DNA of 64,000 bases from Candidatus Aminicenantes bacterium (GTDB taxonomy: Bacteria > Acidobacteriota > Aminicenantia > Aminicenantales > UBA4085). The translations under genes and the position numbers were made by a program. The notes beneath the pieces were generated by a model that searched no databases, was not told the DNA's origin, and saw nothing but the letters and a program-made list of their open reading frames with translations. The stretch spans positions 12,675 through 76,674 of the forward strand of contig CAWKFB010000017.1 in NCBI GenBank assembly GCA_963848835.1, written 5' to 3'. The stretch's first letter is position 1. Every line of letters starts with the position of its first letter. Of this stretch, positions 43,045-52,126 are shown in pieces.

Positions 43045-43282
43045 CCCGGCTCGGGTTCCCCTTGTGAGCTAAGGGCGATTCGGATCAGGACGCCTTTTCT
43101 GACTTTGATCTCAAATTATCTACCTCTCCTGCCTCCCCTATTACTCGGGAAGGACTGCATGTAGGCGTCCTTCCTTCATGTCGGCGACGGGATCGCCCAT
43201 AAGCGAACATCAGGAAGGAGGACCCGCGCCTTGCGCGGGGGGGACCCGCTCGGGTTCCCCTTGTGAGCTTATAGGCGATCCC
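43045..43282 (-). repeat. Family-B structured intergenic element, copy B4 (inverted; core 43189-43282, half unit 43045-43083, ~105-nt insert between)
   Basis: The reverse complement reads GGGATCGCCtataagctcacaaGGGGAACCCgagcGGGTCCCCcCCCGCGCaagGCGCGGGtcctccttcctgatgttcgcttatGGGCGATCCC. The half unit reads gaatcgcccttagctcacaaggggaacccgagccgg. The insert carries its own inverted repeats (AGGACGCC/GGCGTCCT and GGAAGGAC/GTCCTTCC). Confidence 0.75.
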
Positions 43283-43365
43283 GAAGCTCTCCCGTTGACA
43301 ATTGGAACGGCCTGTGCGACCCTTCAGGCGCGGATTCGGGGGGATTCCCCGACGAAGGAGTCACG

Positions 43366-43761
43366 ATGAAACACCATACCCTGGCCCGGATTCTTTTGGC
43401 TTGCGCCCTGTGCGCCGGATCGATCCTGCCCGCGGCCGCGGCCCAGGAAAAGAAGGACGACCCGTACAAGGACGTCCTGGGAACGTGGGACGTCCGGACC
43501 GACGACGGGGCCTATACCTTCGTCTTCAAATTCTTCATGGACAAGGGCGAGCTAGCCGGGCTCTTCACCGGTCAGTCCGGCGAGGTCAAGATGCAGAACC
43601 TCAAGGTCGACGGGACCAAGGTGACCTTCCTCGTCAACGTCGGGGCCGGCGGACAGGGCATGGACATCAACTTCACGGTTTTCGTCGCCGGCGACGCCCT
43701 CACCGGCCAGCTCGCGCTCCAGTTCGGCGAGGCCAACGTCAGCGGCAAGAAGAAGAAATAG
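43366..43761 (+). CDS. Small secreted hypothetical protein (131 aa)
   Basis: RBS GAAGGAG is present. The signal peptide is MKHHTLARILLACALCAGSILPAAAAQ. The mature part is beta-rich and ends in KKKK. Confidence 0.6.
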   Translation: MKHHTLARILLACALCAGSILPAAAAQEKKDDPYKDVLGTWDVRTDDGAYTFVFKFFMDKGELAGLFTGQSGEVKMQNLKVDGTKVTFLVNVGAGGQGMDINFTVFVAGDALTGQLALQFGEANVSGKKKK

Positions 43762-43831
43762 CGGACGCCCGATCATTTCTCGAAATCTTCACCAAGGCAT
43801 CCCCAAAGCGGCAAGGAGGGGAGCCGGATCG

Positions 43832-46000
43832 ATGATACGGTTCCCGGACATGGAAGGCGGGAAGCGGCGGCCCAGGATCATCCTGCTTTTCGGGGCCGGG
43901 ATCGTTCTGCCCAGCCTCCTTTTGGGGTATCTGGCTTTTCGCGGTATCCGGAACGACCGCGCCCTTGTCGAGAAAGAACGGCTTGAAGAAACCCGGCGCG
44001 GCGCCGACAAGGTCTTCGAGAAGCTCGAAGTCCCGATCGCGGAAGCCGAGGGGGCCCTGGCCAAGATCGTTCAGGATCATCCCGGTCCGCCCGACGGAGC
44101 GACCGGATCCGCCCTGGAAGGGCTGGCGGCCGGATTTCCGTTGATCGAACGAATCTTCTATCTGCAGGAGCCCGGAACCGCCCGCTTCCCCGCCGCCGAA
44201 GGATTGTTTGTTCCCGACGGACAACGGGGGCCCGGTCCCCTTCATCCAGAATCGGCGGCCGCTAGTGCCGGAGTGAGCGACGCCGAACGGCTCGAATTCA
44301 GGGAAAACGATCTTCCGGCGGCCCGAGCCGCATACGCGAAGGCGCTTCAGAGGATCGACAGCGGCCCTCTCGCGGGAATGATCCTGAACGCCATGGCCCG
44401 GGTCCAGAGGAAATCCGGGCTTCTCAACGAAGCCCTGGCAACCTATGAGATCATCGCCCGCGAGCATGGAAGCGTCATCCTGCCCGGAAGCGTGGCCCTC
44501 GGCCCGTCGGCAGCCCTCGAAATGTGCGCGGTGTCCCGGGAGCTCAAGGATATCCCCGGGGCCCTTCAGTCGGCCCTGAAGCTCTATCGCGGCCTGCTCC
44601 GTCCCGAATGGACGCTCGAGAGGGCCGAGTTCGAATTCTTCGTCTTGCGCGCGCGGAGCCTCATCGAAGGGCTCCTGGCCGGCCTTCCTCCGGGTTTCGA
44701 CGGCGCGCCGGGCCGCAAAGAGTTCGAGGAGCTCGGAGCGGAAGAGGGAAAGCGGCGGAACGCCACGGAGAGAATGATCGCCTTCGTGGAGAAAGCGGCC
44801 CCGGCCTTGCGGCCGAAGCTGAATGCCGCCCGCGTTCAGGAAGCGCGCGCCTCCGGATTCGTCCGGATGTCTCTCGAGTTGGGGAATTCTTTTTTCCTCG
44901 TTTCGGTCAAGGACACGGAACGGAGGACCGGCGGCGAGCCGGGCGCGGCGTGGGGAATCATTTTCGACCCCCAGCGGCTCCTGGGTGCCGTCCTCGAGCC
45001 CGCCCTGCGGGATCATTTTCCGCCGGGGGAAACGCCGTGGGAGGTCAAAGGACGCGACGGCGTCGTCCTTTCGGCGGCCCCGCGGACCGGCTCGGGGCCG
45101 GTGATCCTCAAGCTGAATCCCCCCGCGAATTTTCCGGACTGGACACTGGAATTCCGCGAGCCGCCGGCCCGGCTCATCAAGTCGTTTCTCTTTTCCCGGC
45201 GGGGGCTCTATTCCTTCATTTTCCTCCTCATCGCCGGGATCCTCGTCTTCGGACTGATCCTGACCTTGCGCTCGGTCTCCCATGAGCTCGAGCTCGCCCG
45301 GATGAAATCGGATTTCGTCTCCACGGTCTCCCACGAGTTCAAAAGCCCTCTGACCTCGATCCGCCAGCTGGCCGAGATGCTCCAGTCGGGCCGGGTGCCC
45401 TCCGATGAGCGGCGCCGGCGGTATTACGATGTTCTGCTCGAACAGAGCGAGCGGCTCTCGCATCTCACGGACAACATCCTCAATCTGGCCAAGATCGAAG
45501 AAGGCCGGCCGGGATTCGCCTTCGGGCCGACGGATGTTTCCTCCCTTCTGACCGAAGTCGTCGCGGACATCCAGGACCGGGTGCGCCACGAAGGGTTTGA
45601 GATCGGACTCGATATCCGGGGACCTCTTCCGCCCGTCGACGCGGACCGGACGGCCCTCTCCCAAGCGGTCGCGAACCTGATCGACAATGCGATCAAGTAC
45701 TCCGGCGATTCGCGGATCGTATCGGTCCGCGCTTCGATCGAAGGTCCCTTCGCGGTCCTCGCCGTCGAGGACCGTGGGATCGGCATCGAGAAGGACGACC
45801 TCGGCCGGATCTTCGAGCGGTTCTACCGGGGCGGCGACGCATTGACTCGGACGGTCAAGGGGTCCGGGCTCGGACTGACGCTGGTCAAGAAGATCGCCGA
45901 GGCGCATCGCGGACGCGTCCGCGTCGAGAGCGAAGTCGGGAAGGGAAGCATTTTTTCGATCCTGGTCCCATTTTTGAGCGAGAAAGAAGGCCGCCGATGA
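43832..46000 (+). CDS. Sensor histidine kinase with large periplasmic domain
   Basis: 722 aa with two TM segments (IILLFGAGIVLPSLLLGYLAF and LYSFIFLLIAGILVFGLILTL). The HisKA H-box is DFVSTVSHEFKSPLTSI. HATPase blocks are NLIDNAIKYS, VEDRGIGI and GSGLGLTLVKKI. Confidence 0.85.
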   Translation: MIRFPDMEGGKRRPRIILLFGAGIVLPSLLLGYLAFRGIRNDRALVEKERLEETRRGADKVFEKLEVPIAEAEGALAKIVQDHPGPPDGATGSALEGLAAGFPLIERIFYLQEPGTARFPAAEGLFVPDGQRGPGPLHPESAAASAGVSDAERLEFRENDLPAARAAYAKALQRIDSGPLAGMILNAMARVQRKSGLLNEALATYEIIAREHGSVILPGSVALGPSAALEMCAVSRELKDIPGALQSALKLYRGLLRPEWTLERAEFEFFVLRARSLIEGLLAGLPPGFDGAPGRKEFEELGAEEGKRRNATERMIAFVEKAAPALRPKLNAARVQEARASGFVRMSLELGNSFFLVSVKDTERRTGGEPGAAWGIIFDPQRLLGAVLEPALRDHFPPGETPWEVKGRDGVVLSAAPRTGSGPVILKLNPPANFPDWTLEFREPPARLIKSFLFSRRGLYSFIFLLIAGILVFGLILTLRSVSHELELARMKSDFVSTVSHEFKSPLTSIRQLAEMLQSGRVPSDERRRRYYDVLLEQSERLSHLTDNILNLAKIEEGRPGFAFGPTDVSSLLTEVVADIQDRVRHEGFEIGLDIRGPLPPVDADRTALSQAVANLIDNAIKYSGDSRIVSVRASIEGPFAVLAVEDRGIGIEKDDLGRIFERFYRGGDALTRTVKGSGLGLTLVKKIAEAHRGRVRVESEVGKGSIFSILVPFLSEKEGRR

Positions 46001-46677
46001 ACACGATCCTGATCGTCGAGGATGAGGAAAGCATCCTGATGCCCCTCGAAGACAACCTGAAGCTCGAAGGATATGAGGTTGCCTGCGCCCGGGACGGTCA
46101 GGAAGGCCTGTCCCTGGCCCGCGAACGGCCCTTCGACCTCATCGTCCTGGACATCATGCTGCCGAAGCTGGATGGATTCGAGGTCTGCAAGCGCCTCCGC
46201 CAGGACCGGGTGATGACGCCGATCCTGATCCTGACCGCGAAAAGCCAGGAGATCGACAAGGTCCTCGGCTTCGAGCTCGGAGCCGACGACTATATGACCA
46301 AGCCCTTCAGCTCCCGGGAGCTTCTGGCCCGGATCAAGGCCATCCTCAGGCGGGTCCGCGAACCGCAACCGGAGGCCGAATCCTTCCGGTTCGGCGCCGT
46401 CGAGGTCGATTTCGCCAAGTACGAGGCGACGAAGAGAGGCGCGCCGGTCCTCTTGACCTCGCTCGAATTCGCCCTGCTCCGCTTTCTGGTCCGGAACCGG
46501 GGCCGCGTCGTCCACCGGGACGAAGTCCTGGACGCCGTTTGGGGGAAAGACGTCTACGTCGACGCCCGGACGGTCGACAAGCACATCTCCCTGCTCAGGA
46601 AGAAGTTCGAGGACGATCCCCAGGACCCGAAATACATCCTGGGCGTGCGGGGCGTCGGATACAAGTTCGCCGGATGA
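45997..46677 (+). CDS. OmpR/PhoB-family response regulator
   Basis: 226 aa with an ATGA overlap with the kinase gene. The receiver domain has ILIVEDEE.., DLIVLDIMLPKLDG and LILTAK. The winged-helix output domain has ..LTSLEFALLRFLVRNRGRVVHRDEVLDAVWG. Confidence 0.9.
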   Translation: MNTILIVEDEESILMPLEDNLKLEGYEVACARDGQEGLSLARERPFDLIVLDIMLPKLDGFEVCKRLRQDRVMTPILILTAKSQEIDKVLGFELGADDYMTKPFSSRELLARIKAILRRVREPQPEAESFRFGAVEVDFAKYEATKRGAPVLLTSLEFALLRFLVRNRGRVVHRDEVLDAVWGKDVYVDARTVDKHISLLRKKFEDDPQDPKYILGVRGVGYKFAG

Positions 46678-46785
46678 GCCGGACATCATGGAATCTTCAC
46701 AAAAAAGCGGCGCGGACTTCAAGCGGGCCGCTTCCCCTTCGTGTATCGTCCCTCTCGAAATGACATCCTCAAGGAGGGACGAACC

Positions 46786-48924
46786 ATGAGAACCAGCCTG
46801 ATCGGACTCGTCGCATTGGCCCTGATCCTGGGCACGACGCTCGCGGCCTCCGGCGGTCAAATCGGGGAGCAGCTGTACACCTCGGCCCTGTACGAAGAAG
46901 AGGTCGGCGGGAATCTGCAGAAGGCGATCGGCCTCTACCAGGACATCCTGAAGCGGTTTCCGGGAAACCGCGATGTCGCCGCCAAAGCCCAGCTGAGGCT
47001 GGGATTCTGCTATGAAAAGCTGGGCATAAAAGAAGCGGAAAAAGCCTTCCGGCAGGTGATCGACAACTACCCCGAGCAGTCGGAAGCCGTCCGGCAGGCT
47101 CGAGAGAAATTGAAAACCCTCATGAGGGCTCAGATGCCTTCCGAAAAAAACGAGGGCGGGCTGACGCTTCGCAAGATCTGGTCGGGCGAGCTCGACATCA
47201 CGGCCAGGATATCTCCCGACGGCAGGTCTTTGGCCCGCACGGATTGGACGACGGGCGATCTTACCATCCTGGATATCGCGACCGGAAAAGAGCGGAACCT
47301 GACCCATAAGGGTCCTTGGACGAAATCCCCCGAATTCGCCCTCACGACGGCCTGGTCCCCCGATGGAAAACAAATCGCTTACGGCTGGTGGCAGGCACCG
47401 AACGATCTCGAGGTGCGCGTTGTCTCGCTGGAGGATCCGGCGCCTCGGACAGTCTACAAAGTGGCTGACCCTGAGATCGAGGCCCCCCTGCCCGTCGACT
47501 GGACGCCGGACGGGAAAGCCATCCTGATCAACATCGAGGACGTCAAAGGAGTCAGGTGGTACGGCGCCGGAGGAAAGATCGCACTTGTTTCGGTGGCCGA
47601 TGGATCGCTGCGGATCCTCAAGGACCTCGAGTCTGTGGACAAGTGGCGCGGAGGGATCTTCTTTCCGCGGATTTCGCCGGACGGCCGTTGGATCGCCTAT
47701 TCCTTCCAGACAGGGGATCCGCCGAATTGCGACGTTTTCCTGCTCTCGATCGACGGAAAAAAGGAACATGTTCTCGTCGAGCACCCCGCGCACGACTCCT
47801 TCTTCGGCTGGGCCCCGGACGGGAAAAGCATCCTCTTCTCGAGCGATCGGACGGGCGCGCTGGACGCCTATGTCCTCCGGATCAAAGATGGAAAGGCCGA
47901 TGGGCAGCCGGAATTGGTCAAGAAGGATATCGGAGACGCCTGGCCTCACGGCATTTCCAAGGACGGGATTTTTTATTACATGGTCACGAAGGGAGCCGAG
48001 AACGTCTATACAATCCCCTTCGACCCCGGCCGAGGAAAGATCCTCGATCCGCCGGCGGCCCCGATCCCTCATCTCGGAGGCTCCTCCCATTCGCCGGCCT
48101 ACTCTCCCGACGGCAAGTCCCTCGCCTTTGTCTCCGAGCGCGGCATCCAGTTTCGCGTCCGGCCGGTTCTCTGCGTCCGCTCACTCGAAACGGGCAAGGA
48201 TCGCGAATTCCGCCCGGAGATATCCTTTATCAAACAACTCCGTTGGTCGGCCGAGGGGTCGTCCCTGCTGTTCCTGGCGACACCCGAGGACAGCTACGAC
48301 CAGATCTGTTCGATCAACCTGGGAACAAGCCAAGTCACCACGATTTTCCGATGCCAACTGCCGAACAATGTGGAAGAGATCGAATCCGCGGATTGGTCTC
48401 GCGACGGGCGTTCGATCACCTACGTTCTCAGAAATAATAAAGACAAGATCAGCCGCCTTCTGGTCCGAGACCTTAAAAAAGGCCAGGAAAAAGAGCTCTT
48501 CCGGGCCCCCCAAGGGGAAACTCGATTCGGGGCCGCCGTCTCGCCCGACGGGAAGCAGTTGGCGATCCTCTTTCGATCCTGGGACCCGGTGCTCGATGTT
48601 ATTCTGAGGATCATGCCGGTCGGCGGAGGGGACCCGCGGGACCTTCATAAGTTCGGCGGCGCGACGAGCGTAGGGCAGATCGCTTGGACACCGGACGGGA
48701 GGTCGATCCTGGCCGCCGTCACCATCGGAGAGAAGAATACCGGATCCCTGTGGCGCGTTTCGGCGGACTCCGGAGAAGCCGAGAACCTCGGCTTGGAAAT
48801 GACCCTCAAACGAATGAGCATCCATCCCGACGGACGACGGCTCGCCTTCAGCTCCCCGGGTCCGGCTCCGCAGAAGCCGGAGCTCTGGGTCATGGAGAAT
48901 TTCCTGCCCTCGGGAAAGAAGTGA
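46786..48924 (+). CDS. Secreted TPR (YbgF-like) plus TolB/PD40-repeat beta-propeller protein
   Basis: RBS AAGGAGGG precedes ATG 46786. The signal peptide is MRTSLIGLVALALILGTTLAASG. The TPR-like N-terminus is LYQDILKRFPGNRDVAAKAQLRLGFCYEKLG. There are at least 8 PD40-type repeats (WSPDGKQIAY, ISPDGRWIAYS, WAPDGKSILFSSDRTG, YSPDGKSLAFVSER and others). Confidence 0.8.
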   Translation: MRTSLIGLVALALILGTTLAASGGQIGEQLYTSALYEEEVGGNLQKAIGLYQDILKRFPGNRDVAAKAQLRLGFCYEKLGIKEAEKAFRQVIDNYPEQSEAVRQAREKLKTLMRAQMPSEKNEGGLTLRKIWSGELDITARISPDGRSLARTDWTTGDLTILDIATGKERNLTHKGPWTKSPEFALTTAWSPDGKQIAYGWWQAPNDLEVRVVSLEDPAPRTVYKVADPEIEAPLPVDWTPDGKAILINIEDVKGVRWYGAGGKIALVSVADGSLRILKDLESVDKWRGGIFFPRISPDGRWIAYSFQTGDPPNCDVFLLSIDGKKEHVLVEHPAHDSFFGWAPDGKSILFSSDRTGALDAYVLRIKDGKADGQPELVKKDIGDAWPHGISKDGIFYYMVTKGAENVYTIPFDPGRGKILDPPAAPIPHLGGSSHSPAYSPDGKSLAFVSERGIQFRVRPVLCVRSLETGKDREFRPEISFIKQLRWSAEGSSLLFLATPEDSYDQICSINLGTSQVTTIFRCQLPNNVEEIESADWSRDGRSITYVLRNNKDKISRLLVRDLKKGQEKELFRAPQGETRFGAAVSPDGKQLAILFRSWDPVLDVILRIMPVGGGDPRDLHKFGGATSVGQIAWTPDGRSILAAVTIGEKNTGSLWRVSADSGEAENLGLEMTLKRMSIHPDGRRLAFSSPGPAPQKPELWVMENFLPSGKK

Positions 48925-48937
48925 GCTTAAGGGGAGA

Positions 48938-48978
48938 GGCTCTCGGTCGAAGAGGAATTACCTCACCGGCCGAGAGCC
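48938..48978. terminator. Hairpin between convergent genes (possible bidirectional terminator)
   Basis: Sequence is GGCTCTCGGtcgaagaggaattacctcaccggCCGAGAGCC, with a 9-bp stem and an inner GAGG/CCTC hairpin. It lies between stop 48924 (+) and stop 49015 (-). Confidence 0.45.
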
Positions 48979-49014
48979 GATGATTTGGCGTAATCCTGCG
49001 CCGGGACGCCTGCC

Positions 49015-51226
49015 TTATTCTTCCATCTCGTCCTTAAGGGCCGCGGCGATCTTCTTGACGATGTCCTCGGGGATGCCGGTTTTCCCGGCGCCCTTGACCG
49101 TCAGGGTGATGATCCCCCCGGCTTCGTCAAACTCGGGCTCGAGCGTCAAGCCTTCGGGCAGGTCTTTTTTCAGCTGGGTGACGGCCCGTTCAAAATCCGC
49201 GCGCGTCTTCCCTTTTCCGCTCACTGCCACAACCGTGGCCGCGCCGTTCTCCTCGATCGTTCGGACGGTCAGGGCGCCGGCGCGCGCCTCGGCCCGGGCC
49301 CTCGGCTTGACGGTGACGGCCGTCTCGCCGCCTTCCTTCTCCCGGATGACCGTCACGACCTCGGGCTTGACGATCGTCCGGACCTCGGTCTTGGCGTCCG
49401 GCTTGGTGATCGTCCAGGCTCGGGGAGCGGCGGAGATCCGGTATCTCCCTGCGCCCTCTTTTTCCCGGTCGGCCAGCGCCTTCTCGAGCTCGGACACCGC
49501 TTTATCGAGGTCGGCCAGGTCGCGCTTCTTCTCCTTCGACCTCGTTCAGCATCTCCCGGATCTTCTTGGCCTGCTCCTGCAGGGCGGCCGTGTCCTCGGT
49601 TAAAGCCGTGAGCCTGGCTCTCGGGGCGACGGCGATCTTTTCGGTCAGCGCTTTCATTTTCTGCGCGTCGAACTCGGAGGCGATCTTCTTCCGGATGACG
49701 TCCCGGACCTTCTCCCGGGCTCCGATCTCGGTCTCGATCTTCTTGAGGATCACATCCTTGACCGCCGCCTCGGCGTCAGTCTCGATCTGGATCTTCTTCC
49801 GGATGATATCCTTGACCTTCTCCGGATCGGTCTGGATCTCGATCGCCCGGCGGAGCTTTTCCTCGAGCTTCGGCAGCTCGGTCTTGATCCGGAGGACGTC
49901 GACTTCGGGATCCGCCGAGACGACGATCCTCTTCCCGTCCTTTTCGAGGTCCGGCACGGCGACGGTGATCTTGATCGGGATCGTTTCCGTATCGGTCTTG
50001 ACGACGAAGTCGAATTTCTTCTCGACGGGCTGGACCGCTTCTTTCTTTTGGGCTTCCGCCGCGGCCGGCTTCTTTTCCCGGGCGGCGGCTTTCGCTTCCT
50101 GGGCCGGCGCGGGCTCCGCGGCCGGGGCGGCGGGCGCGGCGACGGCCGCCGGCGGCGCCGTCTGAACGCGCGCGGCCGCGGGACGGGCGCAGCCGATGAA
50201 GACGACGACACAGGCGATCGCGGACGCGATCATGATCTTGGTTTTCATGGTGATCTCCTTAAAGGCCAGCCTCTGTCTGAGGATGGCGGCTAAACGCTCG
50301 TTGAACGAGGATCCGCCGAAGAGCCCGGGAAGAGCGGCGGAGGGATTCCAGCGGAACCCCGCCGCGCGCTTGAATAAAAGCAGGTTGGCGGCGTAAGTCG
50401 ACGGCTTGACCCCGGCCCTCAGGACGAGATCGTCGCAGGCTTTCTCCTGCTCCTTCCGGATCCGGGCGAAGACGGCCCAGCTCAGCGGATTGAACCAGAA
50501 AGCCGCGAGGCTCAAGCGGACGAGGACGAGGACCAGAAAATCCGCCCGCTTGACGTGGGAAAGCTCGTGAAAGAGGACCGAGGAGCGCTGGTCGTCCGTC
50601 CACGTCCCATGTCCGGCGGGGATCAGGATCACCGGCCGGAACAGGCCCCAGGTCAGCGGAACGGCGACGTCCCGGTGGGACTTGAGGCGGATCCGGCGCC
50701 TCAAGCCGACCGCGGACAGGAACCGCTCGAGGATGACGCGCCAGACCGGGTCGGCAACGTCCCGGCTTTCGCGGGTCAAGCGGCGCGCCCCCACGAGGCC
50801 GGCGGCGAGCCGAAGAATAATGAGCCCGACCCCCGCCGCCCAGGCGCCGGCGACGATCGGACCGGCGGACCCGAACCGAAACGGGAATCCGGCTTCGGAG
50901 GCTTCCGCGGCGGAGGATATTCCGGCTTGGGGAGCCGCCGCCACGGGAGGCATAAGGCCGGCCGCGGCCGGATCGACGCTTCGGGCGGAGCCCGCCGCCC
51001 GGCTCGGAAGGACGCTCGTCTCCCAGCCGAATGGGGCGAGGGAAAAGAACGGGAGGGCGAGCAGGCTCAACAGGGCGAGCGAGAGGATGAAATGGCGCAG
51101 GGAGGCGGCGCGACGCCGGGCGAGGGCCGCCGCGGCCAGGGCCAGGCCGAGAACGACCGTGCTCTTGACGGCGTATTCCGCCAGCCAAAGGATTCCCGAT
51201 CCCGTTGAAAAAGGGCTCATGCTCAC
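49015..51226 (-). pseudogene. M56-family BlaR1/MecR1-like membrane metalloprotease/signal transducer with non-PBP repeat-rich sensor region; probable frameshift near 49515-49545
   Basis: ORF 49502..51226 has TM segments, the HExxH site SVLFHELSHVKRADF and ..FWFNPLSWAVFARIRKEQEKACDD. ORF 49015..49497 has no ATG or SD and starts 5 nt after that stop. Its frame is open back to ~49545 (..KRDLADLDKAVSELEKAL..), so the two most likely form one gene. Confidence 0.6.
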
Positions 51227-51606
51227 CGGCCTTCGTCTTGGGCTTTTCGAACGAGCTCGGCCAGCCTCCGATAATCCTCCTCGGAAAGGCTGGCCTCGGA
51301 GATATCCAGGAGGGCGGCCACCGCCGCTTCGGTCGAATTATCGAAAAAGGTTTTCAAGAGGTGGCGGAGCTCGCTCCGGCGGGCCGCGTCCTTCGCCAAG
51401 CGGGGTATGTAGACGTAACGCGGGCCGACCTGGCGGTGTTCGAGATGACCCTTGTTCTCAAGGACGCGGAGAAGGGCCCGGACGGCCGAATATCCGGGCG
51501 CGTCCGGAAGGCGCTCCATGACCTGTTGGGCCGTGGCTTCCTTGGACTCATAAATGATGTCCATGATCTGCCGTTCTCTTCGGCTGAGGCTCGTGTCTTT
51601 CGTCAT
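51223..51606 (-). CDS. BlaI/MecI/CopY-family winged-helix transcriptional repressor
   Basis: Start placed at MTKDTSLSRRERQIMDIIYESKEATAQQVMERLPDAPGYSAVRALLRVLENKGHLEHRQVGPRYVYIP (ATG 51606, RBS GAGGG). The stop overlaps the start of the M56 gene at 51223-51226. Confidence 0.9.
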   Translation of the reverse strand: MTKDTSLSRRERQIMDIIYESKEATAQQVMERLPDAPGYSAVRALLRVLENKGHLEHRQVGPRYVYIPRLAKDAARRSELRHLLKTFFDNSTEAAVAALLDISEASLSEEDYRRLAELVRKAQDEGR

Positions 51607-51623
51607 CGGCGCCCTCGCGATCA

Positions 51624-51655
51624 TGCTAATTATTTAGCATGCTAAAATATTAGCA
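51624..51655. promoter_or_regulatory. Two abutting 16-bp palindromes, candidate BlaI-type operators
   Basis: TGCTAAttatTTAGCA (51624-51639) is directly followed by TGCTAAaataTTAGCA (51640-51655). They lie 18-50 nt upstream of the repressor start. The second palindrome contains the predicted -10. Confidence 0.6.
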
Positions 51656-51675
51656 CTCGCAACGACCCCTGTCAA
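51647..51675 (-). promoter_or_regulatory. Near-consensus promoter for the blaI-like/M56 operon (TTGACA-17-TAATAT)
   Basis: The minus strand reads TTGACAggggtcgttgcgagtgcTAATAT. The -10 lies inside the second palindrome. Confidence 0.55.
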
Positions 51676-51755
51676 GTCGCGGTGTTGTTTTTTTAACATT
51701 CAAATAAAAACAACGCCCGGGGCGGCCCGTTCGTTGCCCGCCAGCCGCGGATTTT

Positions 51756-52112
51756 TCAGCGCCCGCAGAGGCTGATGAATTCTTCGAGCTGCCCCCGGCT
51801 CAGGCCGATATGGTAGGCGCCGTCCAGCCGCCGCTCCACCTTGCCGTTCCGGAAGAAGAGGACCGTTGGAAAGACCTCGATGCCGTAGCGCCGGGTCAGG
51901 ATCTCGTCTTCGTCGGCTAGGATACGGCGGTAGCAAGGCTCCCCTTTCGCGGCCTGCTCGATGAACGAGGGCAGGAACATCCTGGAGAACGGACACCAGG
52001 AGGCGTAGAAGAGGATGAACATCCGCTCGCTCTCGCGGATTGTCTTCTCGAGGTCCCCCCCGCTTTCGATGAGGGGGCAGATCGTGTCGAGATTCGGGGC
52101 GTCTTTCGTCAT
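51756..52112 (-). CDS. Thioredoxin-fold protein with monothiol WCPFS motif
   Basis: Start placed at MTKDAPNLD (ATG 52112). Motifs are ..MFILFYASWCPFSRMFLPSF.. and ..YGIEVFPTVLFFRNGK. The active site is CxxS rather than CxxC. It starts 15 nt after the GH38 stop. Confidence 0.7.
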   Translation of the reverse strand: MTKDAPNLDTICPLIESGGDLEKTIRESERMFILFYASWCPFSRMFLPSFIEQAAKGEPCYRRILADEDEILTRRYGIEVFPTVLFFRNGKVERRLDGAYHIGLSRGQLEEFISLCGR

Positions 52113-52126
52113 GGGACCTTCGCTTC

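Noticed and set aside
49015-49497. ORF 49015..49497 considered as an independent 160-aa gene.
   Set aside because: Its first codon is GTG, 5 nt after the upstream stop, with no SD. Its frame stays open ~45 nt further upstream and reads as a continuation of the coiled-coil region of the M56 protein. It was therefore merged with a presumed frameshift, at moderate confidence only.
50130-50215. An internal Met plus lipobox-like FIGC (MKTKIMIASAIACVVVFIGC) inside the M56 ORF, considered as the start of a separate lipoprotein gene.
   Set aside because: There is no stop codon or RBS before it. BlaR1-type proteins have a TM helix at exactly this point, linking the protease domain to the extracytoplasmic sensor region.
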